A DNA stretch of 64,000 nucleotides, taken from contig NC_042997.1 in assembly GCF_006345805.1 (NCBI RefSeq), forward strand, positions 54,498,001 to 54,562,000. Direction: 5' to 3'. The notes beneath the pieces are model-generated. The model made no database searches, was not told the DNA's origin, and saw only the letters and a program-made list of their open reading frames with translations. The position numbers and the translations under genes are program-made. Positions 63,830-64,000 of the stretch are shown piece after piece; positions within the stretch are counted from its first letter, which is position 1; each line of letters starts with the position of its first letter. Origin of the DNA: Octopus sinensis. Lineage: Eukaryota.

Positions 63830-64000
63830 AGAGAGAGAGCAATCTGTGGGAATTATAGCTATTTTACTGTTCCTGCTAGAGCATTGTGAATTCACACATT
63901 TCAATGTAGTGTGTTATTGCAACTTATATGACTGGAAGGCTCAGCAACTGATGAAAACAGTATAAAACTACTGATATTCTGTATTCAGCTATTAAGCACT

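Noticed and set aside
48585-64000. Further GLYCTK coding exons
   Set aside because: No segment translating to the expected GA..NLPD or LISGGGS motifs with splice sites was found. The intron probably extends past the window, though a short exon could have been missed.

Overview
AT-rich animal genomic DNA, most likely from an octopus or other coleoid cephalopod. This is inferred from the YHCDICGK-type C2H2 arrays and the SINE/RTE repeat content, not from a database match. Host genes: (1) an intact single-coding-exon C2H2 zinc-finger gene (1259-2257, -) and a tandem paralog disrupted by frameshifts (9518-10745, -), which share a splice acceptor and an upstream motif; (2) a complete 9-coding-exon WDR82 gene (42144->24244, -) with a GC-AG intron; (3) head-to-head with it, the first coding exon of a glycerate kinase (GLYCTK-like, 48187-48584, +), whose later exons were not found in the window. 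The rest is repeat-dense: RTE LINE fragments, two different Penelope-like elements (PLEs), tRNA-derived SINEs, Tc1/mariner, piggyBac-like and 8-bp-TSD MITEs, a Helentron-like element, foldbacks and microsatellites. The most striking signal is a ~230-320 bp unit present four times: a tRNA-like Pol III head, an (AAT/AAC/ATC)n spacer, a minimal hammerhead-ribozyme motif and a 3' stem-loop. It forms the inverted terminal repeats of one PLE (26294-27831) and also a stand-alone head-to-head foldback (50381-50940). None of the four hammerhead copies here looks catalytically intact. Repeat boundaries are approximate unless TIRs or TSDs are quoted.
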